Shown: positions 26,816-41,769 of the stretch, piece by piece
How positions within the stretch are numbered: the first letter of the stretch is position 1
How the letters are laid out: each line of letters begins with the position of its first letter
NCBI RefSeq assembly: GCF_009914755.1
Contig: NC_060934.1
Length of the DNA stretch: 64,000 nt
Strand: one strand, 5' to 3'
Origin: the human T2T-CHM13v2.0 reference genome, Homo sapiens
The notes under the pieces: model-generated
Seen by the model: only the letters and a program-made list of their open reading frames with translations
Told to the model about the DNA's origin: nothing
Database searches by the model: none
Translations under genes and position numbers: made by a program

Positions 26816-27966
26816 ACTCATTTTAGAAACTATTTTTAATACAAAATATTACATATTAAATGCTTATTAACAGAAGTAACTACTATTAAAATCATTCCAT
26901 ATTTTACACATATTTCACCACCTAACCACCCCCCAGTGCCCGCCCAGATTTTTTCATATAACTGGGAAGCCACAGTCCATATTATTCTTCCACTGGCTTT
27001 TTTCACTTAGTAGGTTTCTTTCCAAGAAGGTACCAAAGAGAAAAATTGAGATAGAATCTATTGAAGGTTCTTGAGGAATAATTTACTTATAGTAAAATTT
27101 ACCCTTAGTGTAGAGTTCCATGAAATTAACCCAAGTGTAGAGTCTGGACAAAGATGTCTGATAATTATCATAACAATCAAGATAATGAACAGTTACCTTT
27201 CTGGAAAATTACCTCCTGTACCTTAGTAGTCAACCATCCCCAACCATCCCTACCATCCCCACTTCCTGGCAATGCTGATTCTATTTCTGATCCTAAAATG
27301 TTGCCTTTTTGAGAAATAAATGGAATCATACCATAGTTTGGACTCTGGCTTCTTTTACTTATCATAACGCATGTAAGATCTATCTATATTGTTGCAATGT
27401 ATCAGTAGTTCATTCTTTTTTATTGCCGAGCAGTTTTTCACATATGGATGTACTACTATTTGTTTATCCATTCATAAGCTGAGGGGCAGTTAGTCCAGAT
27501 TTTGGTGATTATGAATAAAGCTGCTATTAACATTTGCATAGAATTTTTGTGTGAACATGAAATTTGTGTGTGGACGTGTTTTCATTTCTTTTGGGTAATT
27601 ACTTGGAAGTTGGATTGCTAAGTCTCGTGATACATGTATGTTTAACTGTGTAAGAAATTGCCAGACTGTTTTTCAAAGTGGCTGGCTGTATCATTTTGCA
27701 TTGCTTCCAGCAATGTATGAATGTTCCAGTTCTACTCACTTGCTATATATAACTTGATATTGTCAATATCTTTTTGTTTTAGTTTTAGTTTCAATTTTTG
27801 CCTTTCCAATAGATGTGTAATGATATCTATGCCATTGTGGTCATAATTTGCATTTTCTTAATGACTAATGATGTTGGGTACCTTTTCATATGCTTACTTG
27901 GGATTCACACATCATCTTTGGTTAAAGTCGGTTCAAATCTTTTGTCCATTTAAAAAAGTGGGTTGT

Positions 27967-28051
27967 CGGGAGGCGGAGCTTGCAGTGAGCCGAGATCGTG
28001 CCACTGCACTCCAGCCTGGGAGACAGCGAGACTCCGTCTCAGAAAAAAAAA
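27967..28051 (+). mobile_element. 5'-truncated AluY (~85 bp)
   Basis: CGGGAGGCGGAGCTTGCAGTGAGCCGAGATCG..ACTCCGTCTC plus poly-A; perfect 15-bp TSD AAAAAAGTGGGTTGT (27952-27966 / 28052-28066). Confidence 0.95.
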
Positions 28052-29091
28052 AAAAAAGTGGGTTGTTTGATTTTTTATATTGAGTTTTGAGATTTCTTTA
28101 TATCATTTAGATATAAGTCATTTTGAGATATGTATTTTGAAAATACTTTATCCCGGTCTGTATCTTCCTTTTTCATTTTATTAACAGTGTCTTTTGAAGA
28201 GCAAAAGTTTTAAAGTTTGATAAAGTCCACTTTATCAAAATTTTTCTTTTATAAGTCATAGTTTTGGTAGCGTATCTAACAAGTCTTGGCTAATAAAAGA
28301 TTATAAAGATTTTCTCTTGTTTTATTTTCAAAATTTTATAGCTCTAGTTTTTACATTTAAGTGTATGATCCACTTTGAGTTATTACTTGTATATGGTGCC
28401 AGGCATAGGTCATGGGTTGTTTTTGTTTTTTTGTATACAGATATTGAACTGCTTCAGCTTCATTTGTTGAAAAGGCCTGCCTTTCTCCTGCTTGCCTTTC
28501 ATCTTTGTCAAAAATTAATTGGCCATGTACATTGGTCTCTATCTTTAGACTCTATTCTATCTCACTGATTTATGTGTCTATCCTTTCATCAGTATTACAT
28601 TGTCTTAATCACTGTATAGTGTATTTTGAAATCAAGTAGTAGAAGTCCTCTGATTTTGTACTTTTTTGACAAATTATTTTGGGTATTCTAGTTCTTTTGC
28701 ATTTCCCTGTAAATTTTAATATCAGCTTGTTAATTTCTATAAAAAATTTTGCTGGGACTTTCAGATTCTGTTGACTATGTAGTGCATTTTTGAGAGAATT
28801 GACATCTTAACAATATTGAGTCTGTGAAGATGGTATCTCTCTCTATTAATTTAGATCTTTTTAGAACTTTTAATCTGTTTTATAATTTTCAGCATATAAA
28901 TCTTGCTCATACTTTGTTAGATTTGTACATAAATATTGTATGTGCTTTGTGCTATTATAAATGGTATGAGCTTCGAAATTTTAATTTCCAATTGTTCATT
29001 GCTAGTTTCACTTTGCTAAGCTTACTTATTATTTCTGAGTGATTTTGTAAATTGAGATTTTTTTTTTCAAATTGACAATCATGTTACTTTT

Positions 29092-29403
29092 ATTTTTATT
29101 TTATTTTATTTTATTTTATTTGAGACAGAGTCTTGCTCTGTCGGCCAGGCTGGAGTGCAGTGGCATGCTCTTGGCTCACTGCAACCTCCGCCTCCCAGGC
29201 TCAAACAATTCTCCTGCTTCAGCCTCCTGAGTAGCTGAGATTACAGGCATGTGCCACCATGCCTGGCTTATTTTTGTATTTTTGGTAGAGATGGGGTTTC
29301 ACCATGTTGGCCAGGCTGGTCTTGAACTCCTGACCTCAGGTAATCTGCCTGCCTCAGCCTCCCAAAGTGCTGGGATTACAGGCGTGAGCCACCGTGCCCG
29401 GCT
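29092..29403 (-). mobile_element. AluSx-like
   Basis: (TTTTA)n tail and full dimer; TSD TCATGTT[A/G]CTTTT. Confidence 0.95.
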
Positions 29404-29929
29404 TCATGTTGCTTTTAAATAGAGACAGTTTTATTTCCTCAGTTTCAATTCTTAGGTTCTTTAATTATTTTTATTGCCTTATTCTACCACTTAGAACAAC
29501 AGTACTTAGAATCACAGTAACTTAGTACCACAATTCCACAGTACTATGTAAAACAGGCATAATGCATGCAGATATCTTTGCCTTAATCCCAGTCTTGAAA
29601 GGAAGACAGCCAGGCTATCACAACTAAGTATGAAGTTAGCTATAGATTTTTTGCAAACGTCCTCTATCAGATTGAAGATGTTTTCTTCTATCTCTAGTTT
29701 GCTGAAAGTTTTTATCATTAATAATGTTGAATTTTGTCAAATGTTTTTCTGCATTCATTGAGGTGAGTATATAGTTTATTTTCTTTAGTCTGTGTATATG
29801 GTGAATTTCATTGATTGATTTTTGAATATTGAACCAGCCTTGCATTCCCAGGATAAACCCTACTTGGTAATGACATATTTTTAATATTAATATATTGCTA
29901 GATTTGATTTATTAATATTTTGTTGTAGA

Positions 29930-30175
29930 TTTTAATTTTAAACTGATACTAATTGTACTTATTCATGTGATACTTTGTGATATTTCAATAAATATAATGT
30001 ATAGTGATCAGATGAGGATAATTAGCATATCTATTATCTCACATATTTATCATTTCTTTGCATTGGGGAAATTCAATATCCTCTCTAGCTATTTAAAACT
30101 ATGTATTATTGTTAACTATAGTCATCCCACAGTGGTCTAAAACACTAAAACTTATTTCCCCTTTCTAGCCATATT
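29930..30175 (-). mobile_element. L1MA-type 3' end inserted in the older L1
   Basis: ATAATGTATAGTGATCAGATGAGGATAATTAGCATATC..TTGTTAACTATAGTCATCC. Confidence 0.7.
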
Positions 30176-30748
30176 TTCTTCATCTATGTTTGTAATTAAT
30201 ATTGGTCTATAGTTTTCTTGTGATATTTTATCTGATTTTGGTGTCAGTGTGTAATACGTTATACAATGAATTTAAAAGTGTTCCCTCCTATTTTCTAGAA
30301 GCATTTGTGTAGAATTTGTATTATTCTCTACTTATATGTTTGGTAGAATTCACTAGCAAATATATCTAATGAATATAGATACATTCATTAGACATGTAGT
30401 TTTTTATCACTTTTGTTGTCAAAGTTGTCAGAAGATTTTTAACTACAAATACAATTTCTTTAATTGACAGAGGGCTATTCAGATTATCTATTTCCTTTTA
30501 GGATGAGATTTGGTAATTGGTGTCTTCAAAGGGATTTGACAATGCCATTTAAATACAATTTAGGGTCCTAAAGTTTGTAATATTCTTTCATTATCATTTT
30601 AATATCTTAAATATCTGTATTAGCGTCCCATCTTTCATTGCTGATATTGACAACTTGTACTTTCTTCTTTTTTTTCATATTAAATCTGACTAGAAGTCTA
30701 TCAGTTGTATTGACTTTTTTTTAAAGAACTAGATTTTGGTACTACTAA

Positions 30749-31473
30749 TGTAACCGCCCAGCAGGTTCACCTTACCTGTTGCCTAGACAGAGCCAATTTA
30801 TCAAGATGGGCAATTGCAATACAGAAAGAGTTATTCACCCAGAGCCAGCTGTGTGGGAGACTGGAGTTTTATTATTACTCCAATCAGTCTCTCCAAGCAT
30901 TTAGGAATCAGAGTGTTTAAGGACAATTTGGTGGGTAGAACCCAGTGAGTCAGGAGTGCTGATTGGTCAGGTTGGAGATGAAATAATAGGGAGGTGAAGC
31001 TGTCCTCTTGCATTGAGTCAGTTCCTGGGTGAGGGCTACCAGATGAGCCAGTTTATCAATCTGGATGGTGCTAGCTGATTCATCAAGTGCAGGGTCTGCA
31101 AAATATCTCAAGCATTGATCTTAGGTTTTACGATAGTGATGTTATCCTGAGGAGCAATTTTGGGAGGGTCAGAATCTTGTGCCTTCCAGCTACATGACTC
31201 CTAAACCATAATTTCTAATCTTGTAGCTAATATGTTAGTCCTACCTACAAAGGCCATCTAGTCCCCAGGCAAGAAGGAGGTTTGTTTCAAGAAAGGTCTG
31301 TTATTGTCTTTGTTTTGAAGTTAAACTATTAATATAAACTAAGTTCCTCCCAAAGTTAATTTGACCTATGCCCAGGAATGAACAAGGACAGCCTGGAGGT
31401 TAGAAGCAAGAAGGAGTTGATTAGGTCAGATCTCTTTCACTATCTCAGTTATAATTTTGCAATGGCAGTTTCA
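30749..31473 (-). mobile_element. LTR8/LTR8A ERV1 solo LTR
   Basis: TG...CA termini; reverse strand begins TGAAACTGCCATTGCAAAATTATAACTGAGATAGTGAAAGAGATCTGACCTAA; 4-bp TSD CTAA/TTAA. Confidence 0.9.
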
Positions 31474-32291
31474 TTAATTTTTTTAATTTTCTTTTTTATT
31501 TTATTCATCTCTGCTTTGTCTGTCTTAATTTATTTGTTCTTTTGGCTTTGCATTTAATTTGCTTTTATTTTTCTACTTTCTTAAGGTAGAAACCTAGATT
31601 CTTGATATTCTTTACTAGTGTAAGCATTTTAGTGCTATAAATTTCCCTCTGAGCCCTGCTTTAGCTGCATCCCATGTATTTTGTTTTATTCAATTAAAAT
31701 ATATTTTCCACATTGCCTTATGACTTCCTTTTACCTGTGTTCTTTAGACTTTAATTTGTTAATTTCATATACTTGGCAATATTCCAGATATCTTTTTTGT
31801 ATTCATTACTAGTTTAATTTTGTGTGGTTAAAAAGGAAATAAATAATAAATAAACCAATAGTAATAATAATAATTTTGTGTTGTTAGATAACACACTTTG
31901 TATTATTTAAATTCTGTTAAATTTATTGAGGTTTGTTTTATTGCCCAGAATACTGTCTGTTTTAGTGACTGTTTTGTATGTATTTGAAAATAATATGTAT
32001 TTTTACTGTTGTTTCATATGAGGCTTCATAATGTTAATTAGGTCAGGTTGGTTGATAGTGTTGTTCAGGTCTTCCATATCAGTGTCTACTTTATTGATTA
32101 GTGAGAGAGGAGTGATGAAGTCTCCAACTGTAATCATAGATTTTTCCCTTTTTTCTTTCAGTTTTATCATTTTTTGCTTTATGTATTTTGAAGATCTGTT
32201 GTTAAGTACATACACATTTAGGATTGTTATGTGTTCCTGATAAATGACCTCTTCATCATTATGTAATATTCTTCTTTATTTCTGGTAATGG

Positions 32292-32630
32292 TGTTGCAGA
32301 ACTTTGCTCCTTAGTTCAGCTAAAACCAGGTTCTTGTCACATGATCAGGAAAAGTTAGGCACACAGACATATTGAAGGGTAAAGGGAATGTGGAATCTAT
32401 TGGGCAAAAAGGAAAAAAGAAAAAAAACTCTCAGAAAGCAAGAGGGGTTCCTGCTAACAGGCCCCCATCTCACAGATTGATTTCAGGCCATACACAGGAA
32501 CTGAAGAGGCCAGGCTCCTCCCCACCTCCACATGACACAAGCTTCCCGTGGCTTCAGCCCTTTCTCCCAGTGTGCAGGCAGGTCGGAGATTCCAGGGACC
32601 CTCTCCCTTATCTGCCTCCAACATCAATCA
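32292..32630 (-). mobile_element. MER61-type ERV1 solo LTR
   Basis: TGTTGCAGAACTT..CCTTAGTTCAGCTAAAA..GGTCGGAGATTC..CCTTATCTGCCTCC..TCA; 4-bp TSD ATGG/ATGG. Confidence 0.75.
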
Positions 32631-33549
32631 ATGGCTTTTGCTTTAAATGGGTGGGTCTTGCTCATTGATGAGTCCTGCCTCAGCTGTAGGAGACCTCTGA
32701 TAGTCCAGGTCTAGGATCACTTACTGTTCTTCTGCAGGGGTTGAAGTCTTTCATTCTTTAACATTTTCCTCAGATACAGTATGCCCCCAGCATGACAGTG
32801 TATGCTACCTCTTTCCCAGCAATTTAAAGCTTTTGTTCTTTTAAGGGACAAGTAATTTTGAAGAGCTCTCTGCCTTTCCATTAGTAGCATCTGCTCCCTC
32901 CTGTAGAATTGAGGGTAGCTTTCCCTGTACCCTAGTCCTGCCCCCACTCTTTCTCTGTGAGCACATAGAGAGGTCCTTGGAAAAGAGTGGCTGTGAACCC
33001 CTCTGTGTCTGCAGTTCCAGGGATTCTATTTTCTCATGCTAGTACATAGTTGGCCTTCAGCAATCTATTGAAAATTTTAGCTGAATTCTTCACATCCAGG
33101 CATCAGAGGCCCCATCTTCCTCCCACTGGTTCAGTTCCCTGCTGGGATCAAGAAAAGTAATAATTTTACAAATTATCCAGCTCTTTTTTTTTATTGCATG
33201 AGTGATATTCTCTCCAGCTTTTTATATTCAAAGAGGAAGCCAGAAGTCCTAATAATTCATTTTATTACAAAAGTATCTATTTATGAAGGATAGGAAATTT
33301 AATATAAACAAAAACTACTGATTGTTTAAGAAGTGCTAGTCTGTACCTTTATGAACTGATTTATATTTTCATTCTATGCCACATCTTGGTCTTATTAGGT
33401 CCTTGGGTTTGTTACCTGGTAGTAAGGCTGGCTTTTTGTTGTTAGTTCTAAATTTACATCTTTTGAACCAAAAGTTCTAGTATGGCAGAATTTGCTGACT
33501 ATTCATGTATTCACCCTTATTATCCCCTTTTCCTTTTAAAAAATTTTAT

Positions 33550-35170
<1,621 letters not shown>

Positions 35171-35864
35171 TGTCATATTGCTCTTTGAGTTTGTCTTCCC
35201 AGAGGGCCCTAACTTTTCATTATTGAAGTAAGACAGGCAAGGAAGTCATCTTTCTACTAGTTTCATGTAGGAACCTTTGTAGCTTCTCTAAAGAGGATGA
35301 TTTTTTTGGGTCTCCTTTAAGACTTTCCTAGCAATTTCATAACCTTCTTGGATGGAAGATACAACATGGCAAAATGCAGTTGAGGATAAAGAAGTTGTTT
35401 TTAACAATAAGAGCCCTCTTGAAAAGTCATGAGTTTTGCATGACAAGAAGTGCTTCCAGTTGCCAGTGGGAGAGTTTCCTCATCATGCAGAGTGGATGAC
35501 TCACTGCCCTTGACTGCTCTTCTGATCCCGGGGGCCTCTGTTCTCTCACAGTAGATGCAGCACACAGAGCTGCCAAGGCATTTCCAGCAGGGGGTTCTGT
35601 GCTCAGGTTTTGAACAAGGGCAGCATGATGGAGCCTGACTTACTCATACACTTCCTGAGGTTGATGAACACATTTTCACCCCTTTTAGTTGTGGTAGGTA
35701 ATGTATTCATAAATTCAAGCCTTTTTCCCAGATTGTAATGGATAGTTTATATCTCTCTCATGATTATTTAATTATTCAAGCCAGGATGACTGTGTGTTTT
35801 CTATCAGAGTCTGAGCTGCCTCAGCAAGATGCAGACTGGTATCTGCCCTTAGGTTAAAAATTCC

Positions 35865-36153
35865 GGCCAGACATAGTGGCTCACGCCTGTAATCCCAGCA
35901 CTTTGGGAGGCTGAGGCGGGTGGATCACGAGGTCAGGAGTTCAAGACCAGCCTGGCCAAGATGATGAAACCCTGCCTCTACTAAAAATACAAAAGTTAGC
36001 CAGGTGTGGTGGTGGGCGCCTGGAATCCCAGCTACTTGGGAGGCTGAGGCAGAGAATTGCTTGAACCTGGGAGGTGGAGGTTGCAGTGAATGGAGATCAT
36101 GCCACTGCACTCCAGCCTGGGTGACAGAATGAGACTCTATCTAAAAAAAAAAA
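35865..36153 (+). mobile_element. AluS (Sg/Sc-like)
   Basis: GGATCACGAGGTCAGGAGTTC; TSD AAAAATTCC. Confidence 0.95.
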
Positions 36154-36354
36154 AAAAATTCCACACCATTCCCTTCTTCCAAGTATGGATGGAATTTCTT
36201 CCAGGATCTGCCAGCTTTTGTGTGTGTTTGTGTGTGTTGTGTTTGTTTGTGTGTGTTTGTTGAATGTCTGTCTACCACTAGAATGCAAGGCCCAAGCAGG
36301 GAAGGACCATGGCTCTTCTACCCTCTGCAGACTCTCCAGGGACGGCACTATGCT

Positions 36355-36785
36355 TGGGTGTGTGGCCTACTCCCTATTTGTCATCCCAGACCTATGTTTT
36401 ACTCTTCTTTCCCTTGCTCTGTGTCCTGGGGTGATAATGCCTTCAACCACCAGGCTCCATTGCCCTCTGGCTTCTGGTTGGGTTTGGACAATGAGGGAGA
36501 GGTAGGGCTACTTCCCCTCCCATTGCCACCTGCAACTTTGTGGTTCTGGCTGTGTCCATCCAGGACTATAGCCTTTCATGCCAGGCTGCCCTCCCTGCAG
36601 CTCTGGGTCTCCCTGCAGCTCTGGGTCTCACCGTGTGTCTTGGCCACGGCTATCTGCTCTGGGTAGCTCTGGTGCTTCAGTGTCCCCGGGGTTCCTTTGA
36701 TCTTGCCCACACCCCTGTAAAGAATTTGTTCTTTTAAAATCCCAGGTGAATATGCCTTCTCTTTCTTGCCAGGGTCATGACAATG
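36355..36785 (+). mobile_element. LTR33-type ERVL solo LTR
   Basis: CCTTGCTCTGTG..TTGCCCTCTGGCTTCTGGTTGGGTTTGGACAATG..TATGCCTTCTCTTTCTTGCCAGG. Confidence 0.65.
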
Positions 36786-37403
36786 GGCTGAATTTTTGAA
36801 TAGATGAGTGGATGGATGAGAAGACAAAGGGCCATGTTTGTGGCTCACCCCCCATATGGAACCCCGCTCTGGCTGCCATCTCACTGGGAGGCCTTGCCCT
36901 GTCTCATGTCCCTGCTGCCTTTCTCCTGCACTCCCCTTTCTCAATCTGTCCCAACCATACTGGCTCCATTGCTGTTTCTAGAATGTACAAAGCAAGCTCC
37001 TGCTCCAGGCCTTTGCTCTAGCCATTCTCTCTGCCTGCAAGTGTCTTCTCTCAGATATCCACTTGGCTAATTACCTTTTCTAGGTTTTGCTGAAATCTTA
37101 CCTTTTCTATGAGCCTCACCCAAACCACTGTATTTAATAATGGAAACTGCCCTCCACCAATATCACCTTGGCAGCCAAGGGCCTCCTTCATCTTGGTCTG
37201 TGTTTCTTTTTTCCAGAACACTTACCACATTTTAAGAAACTGCATTTGACTTATATATTTATTGACATAAATATTATGCTTAATATTTATCATCTGTCTC
37301 TACCTGCTAGAATTTAAACTCCAAAAGGCAGGATTTCGTTACCGTTTTTTTCCATGGGTATATTCCAGACTCCCAGAGCAATGCCATCTTCACAATAAGT
37401 GCC

Positions 37404-38177
<774 letters not shown>

Positions 38178-39275
38178 GTGCCCAATAAGCATGTGCCGAA
38201 TGAGTCCACGCAAGCCTTGTTAACACTGATATGACCTCCATTTGAAATAATTCTTCTGCTTTTAATAGCTACCAATGCCTGTTAGTAAATGTGAGTACGT
38301 CTGACATTTAAGCAGTGTTCCAGTTTGGGGTATGGTATGGTCCATTTTTGCAGTAGAAACTTAAACTTCCTGAAAATTTTCACCCACTATGCTTAACAGC
38401 TTAAAGTCTAACCTAACCCCCAAATAATTGCTTTCACTGTAAACCTATCAACAGCGTATGGAGAATGAACTCACAAATTATTGGTTCTTCAGGCAGTGGA
38501 TGGGAACCCCTGTTGGTCTTTAGCCATGAAATATCCCTGTATCATTTCCCCATTTTTATCCTGAGTCCCTCCTGCTGTATTTAAGCTAATTCTCAGTGAT
38601 TGTGTCTTTGGAGGAGTCCGTCACAAGCATCTATGTGATCACCCTTTGTATACCTGACAGGGGTTATTTTTTCTCCCCCAGGCCCAGTCCTGGTGCGTGC
38701 TGGGCTTGTGATGCAGTGTGGTACTAACTATCTGCTCCTTGTAGGAGACGGAAGGTAAATCAAATTGAAAACACCCTTCCTGTGTAGTGCGTCTTCCAAA
38801 TGTCCTCAGGTCTCTATTACATCTTCTGGAGGCTGCCAGATTCTCTGCGGGACAAGAGGAAGCTGGAGCAGCTTCTCTGTAGCGACAGAAGGTGCCATTA
38901 GCAGAAATACATCATCTCCCAGTGGTGCTAGCAATAGCAGAGTCCTGATCATGTCCATTCTTTTGCCAGACTGAGGAGAGAGTCCTCAGAGGCAGGGGCT
39001 GCTGGTAACAGCGCCTCCATCATTCTAAAATATTCCCCCTGGAGTCCCAGAGCAGCTATTTCTGCCCAGACGCAACGAGAGCTTCACAGAGCTTATTTCA
39101 GGCATTGATCTTTCACAAAAGCCTCCCTGCTTCCTAGATTCCAGGCCTTCTCTAGAAGGGGTGGGGGAGGTAGAGGCCTGCACATGGCTGATCAGTTGCT
39201 CTGGCTGGGGCTGGATCACTTCTTCCAGGTGTTGCTCATTAGATCTCTTTTCAAGGGAAATCTATTAGCCTGGAG

Positions 39276-39446
39276 CAGTGGTTCTAAAACTGCAGCTTGC
39301 AGGGCTTGGTAAAACAAATTTCTGGGCCTCACCCCTAAAGTTTGGGATTTAGTAAGTCTGGGGTAGGGCCTGAGAATTTGCATTTCTCACAAGTTCCCAG
39401 GTGATGCTGAGGCTGCTGACCTAGGGACCACATTTCAGAACCAGCG
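39276..39446 (+). mobile_element. MER5A hAT MITE
   Basis: CAGTGGTTCTAAAACT..GGGCCTGAGAATTTGCATTTCT..AAGTTCCCAGGTGATGCTGA..GGGACCACATTTCAGAACCA. Confidence 0.9.
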
Positions 39447-39802
39447 GCTTAGATGCAGAGAGACGATGTTCTTGTGTTCTCTCCTACTTAGTCTTGGCCT
39501 CAGTCCTCCTACTTAAGGCAGTCTGGGCCTTTTGAGGTTGGGCCAGGCCCTGTCTCACCCTGTTTCTGGAATGCAGTGAAAACAGCTCTTGATTCTGTGC
39601 AGCCCATCTGTGCTAGTTACCTCTGTCTCCCAGGAGAAGAGAGCAATGAACCTTCTTCCTCCATGGCTCTGTTTCCGCTGTCTCTGTTAACACTGTTTCC
39701 TCCCCCTTGGTCCTTTAGCCCTCACAGCTTCCCCCTTTTGCTGGTCTCTGGATGCCTCAACATACCTGTGTGGCTCCTCTGACCCTGTCCTTTAAATAGA
39801 CC

Positions 39803-39937
39803 TTTCTTTTTATTTTATTTTACTTTTTTGTGAAACTTTAAGTTCTGGGATACATGTGCAGAATGTGCATGTTTGTTACATAGGTGTAAACGTGCCATGG
39901 TGGTTTGCTGCACCCATCAACCCATCATCTAAGTTTT
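39803..39937 (-). mobile_element. L1PA 3' terminal fragment
   Basis: ACTTTAAGTTCTGGGATACATGTGCAGAATGTGCA..GGTGGTTTGCTGCACCCATCAACCC. Confidence 0.9.
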
Positions 39938-41769
39938 CAACCAGCATTCAAGACCATTTGTGTTGAATTCTGGTTCCTGCTGGTACCATGTCCTGGGATA
40001 TTTCTTCCCTTAGGGGCAAAGAGTTTTCTAGACAGACTGAGTCAGAATCACTTAGTCTTTATCTCAAGAGCAGCCTTGTCACCCACAGTAGAAGGCAGAA
40101 TTACTGTGGAGTCTAACAGAAATTAGGGAAGTAAGAAATTTATACCAAATGGAAATATGGAAGATTTATCTCACTTATTTCAAGCTTGGGGAAATACTAG
40201 CCTTTAAATGTCTGATTACTAGAGCCTGGGAATAAAGAGGGACTGCTTAACCTAGGGAAGTGGTCTTTGGTAATTGGGTCTCTGATCCAATTGATCGGCG
40301 AACAAATCTGTCATCATAGAGTCACTGGGGCAGCTACCCTCGGCCCAACTCTGCTGTAGGTGCCTCCATGACCTGACTAGATGTAGTTGTGAATGGAGCT
40401 GGGATTGTGGAGGGACTTCATATGTACATTACGCATGTGTGGAAAGGTAAAATAACCATCAGTCTTCCAATTAGAAAGCCAGAAAGCTACCTGGGACATA
40501 ATCAATGAGGGCAGGCAGATTCACATTCCATTTGGGTGTGCAAGGGTATGTGTGTATATACGTGCAAAGATAAACACCCCTACACACATCATTAAAGAAA
40601 AGAATGGAAGGAAAATCACCCAGATGTTAATCATGTTTTTCTCTGGTTATTGCAATTACAGATGATTTTTGTTTCCTATTTTTCTGTGTTTTCTGTTTTT
40701 ATTCAATGAAATATTTTTATTCTTCCAAAAATATGTTAAGTGTGGCATAGGAAATAGAGCTCAGTGCCCTGCCCTCTGCTCAGCACCTATCCAAATCCTA
40801 TTAACATACCACATAGTTCAGGTTCTGCCTCCTCCAAGAAGACTTTCCTGACCAGCCTCTTGCTGCTAAATTTTGGAAATACTTTTGCTGAGTGATTGTT
40901 CCTACATTGAGTATATTTGTCTTATTTCTTCAAGTGCACTGTGACTTATGCAAAGATACTTTTTCTGTTTTCCATTTCCCACAAGGCCAAATACAGCTGA
41001 ACTCATTGTAGATACTTGTTCTACAATGGGCAGCGAATTTCTGAAAGGATAGAAAAGATGTGAAAATGTGAAAAACAGACCAAAATGCCATTTCTCCTCA
41101 CTCACATGCCCCACAGTCATATCTCAACTTGGTTGTAGCTCTCCCTCGCTGAGAGGTCATGACCTCCAGCTTAATGTCAGTGCTGTAGGGCCTTAGAGCA
41201 CATCTCCTGGATAACAGTGTGCCTGCGCATGGGCTGTGTATTTCTCCCCTCCTTCCAAAGTGGTGAGCACTTTGCATCAAGCGCAAGAAAGATGTTTGAT
41301 GACCTTAATAGCATTAGTGACAAGGCCTCCATCCTTGTTGGGCACTTTTGGTCTGCTGGTAAAAGAAATGTTCACTCTATCCCCAAGAGAAATCTTCTTT
41401 TCCAGGAATATACAGCAAAATCAATCAAGTCTTCCCCCTATTGAAGGCTAGCTACTCCACCCATGTGATAGATGCCATCAATTTTTTCGTCCTCTGGGGA
41501 AACAGAGTCATTTTTTCCTTCTTTATCTTGCATAGTCAGTGCTCCCTTACAACACAGTAATTCCCATCAGGTTTTGAGAACTCTGTCTTCTCCCTTTAAG
41601 CAACCACCCTACCAGAAGCCCTCTTCAGTTCTTTCTCTTTTTGCTTTAGTGTCAAATTTTCAAAAGACCTGTCTATTCCTGTACTCCCCATTTTGTTACC
41701 TTCAACTTATTCAGCGATTCAGTGCAGTGTGTATCAGCGCAGAATTTGGCTCCACTATTCTACCATTAG

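Larger units (their letters stand above)
27070..32290 (-). mobile_element. old L1M (MB/MC-type) element, 3' end through ORF2, fragmented by later insertions
   Basis: Minus-strand ORF remnants [25 protein letters not shown] (L1 RT) and ITVGDFITPLS..DLNNTINQPDLI (L1 endonuclease); L1 3' UTR at 27.1-27.9 kb; interrupted by Alus, an L1MA 3' end and LTR8A. Confidence 0.9.

Noticed and set aside
29512-32215. ORFs resembling reverse transcriptase and endonuclease
   Set aside because: Short decayed remnants of an old L1 ORF2, with stops, frameshifts and nested insertions; not an active element
32292-32630. p53 response element in the MER61 LTR
   Set aside because: The family is known to carry p53 sites, but I see no intact tandem RRRCWWGYYY in this copy
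36591-36629. 18-bp tandem duplication CTCCCTGCAGCTCTGGGT
   Set aside because: Ordinary slippage duplication inside an LTR; only two units, not an array
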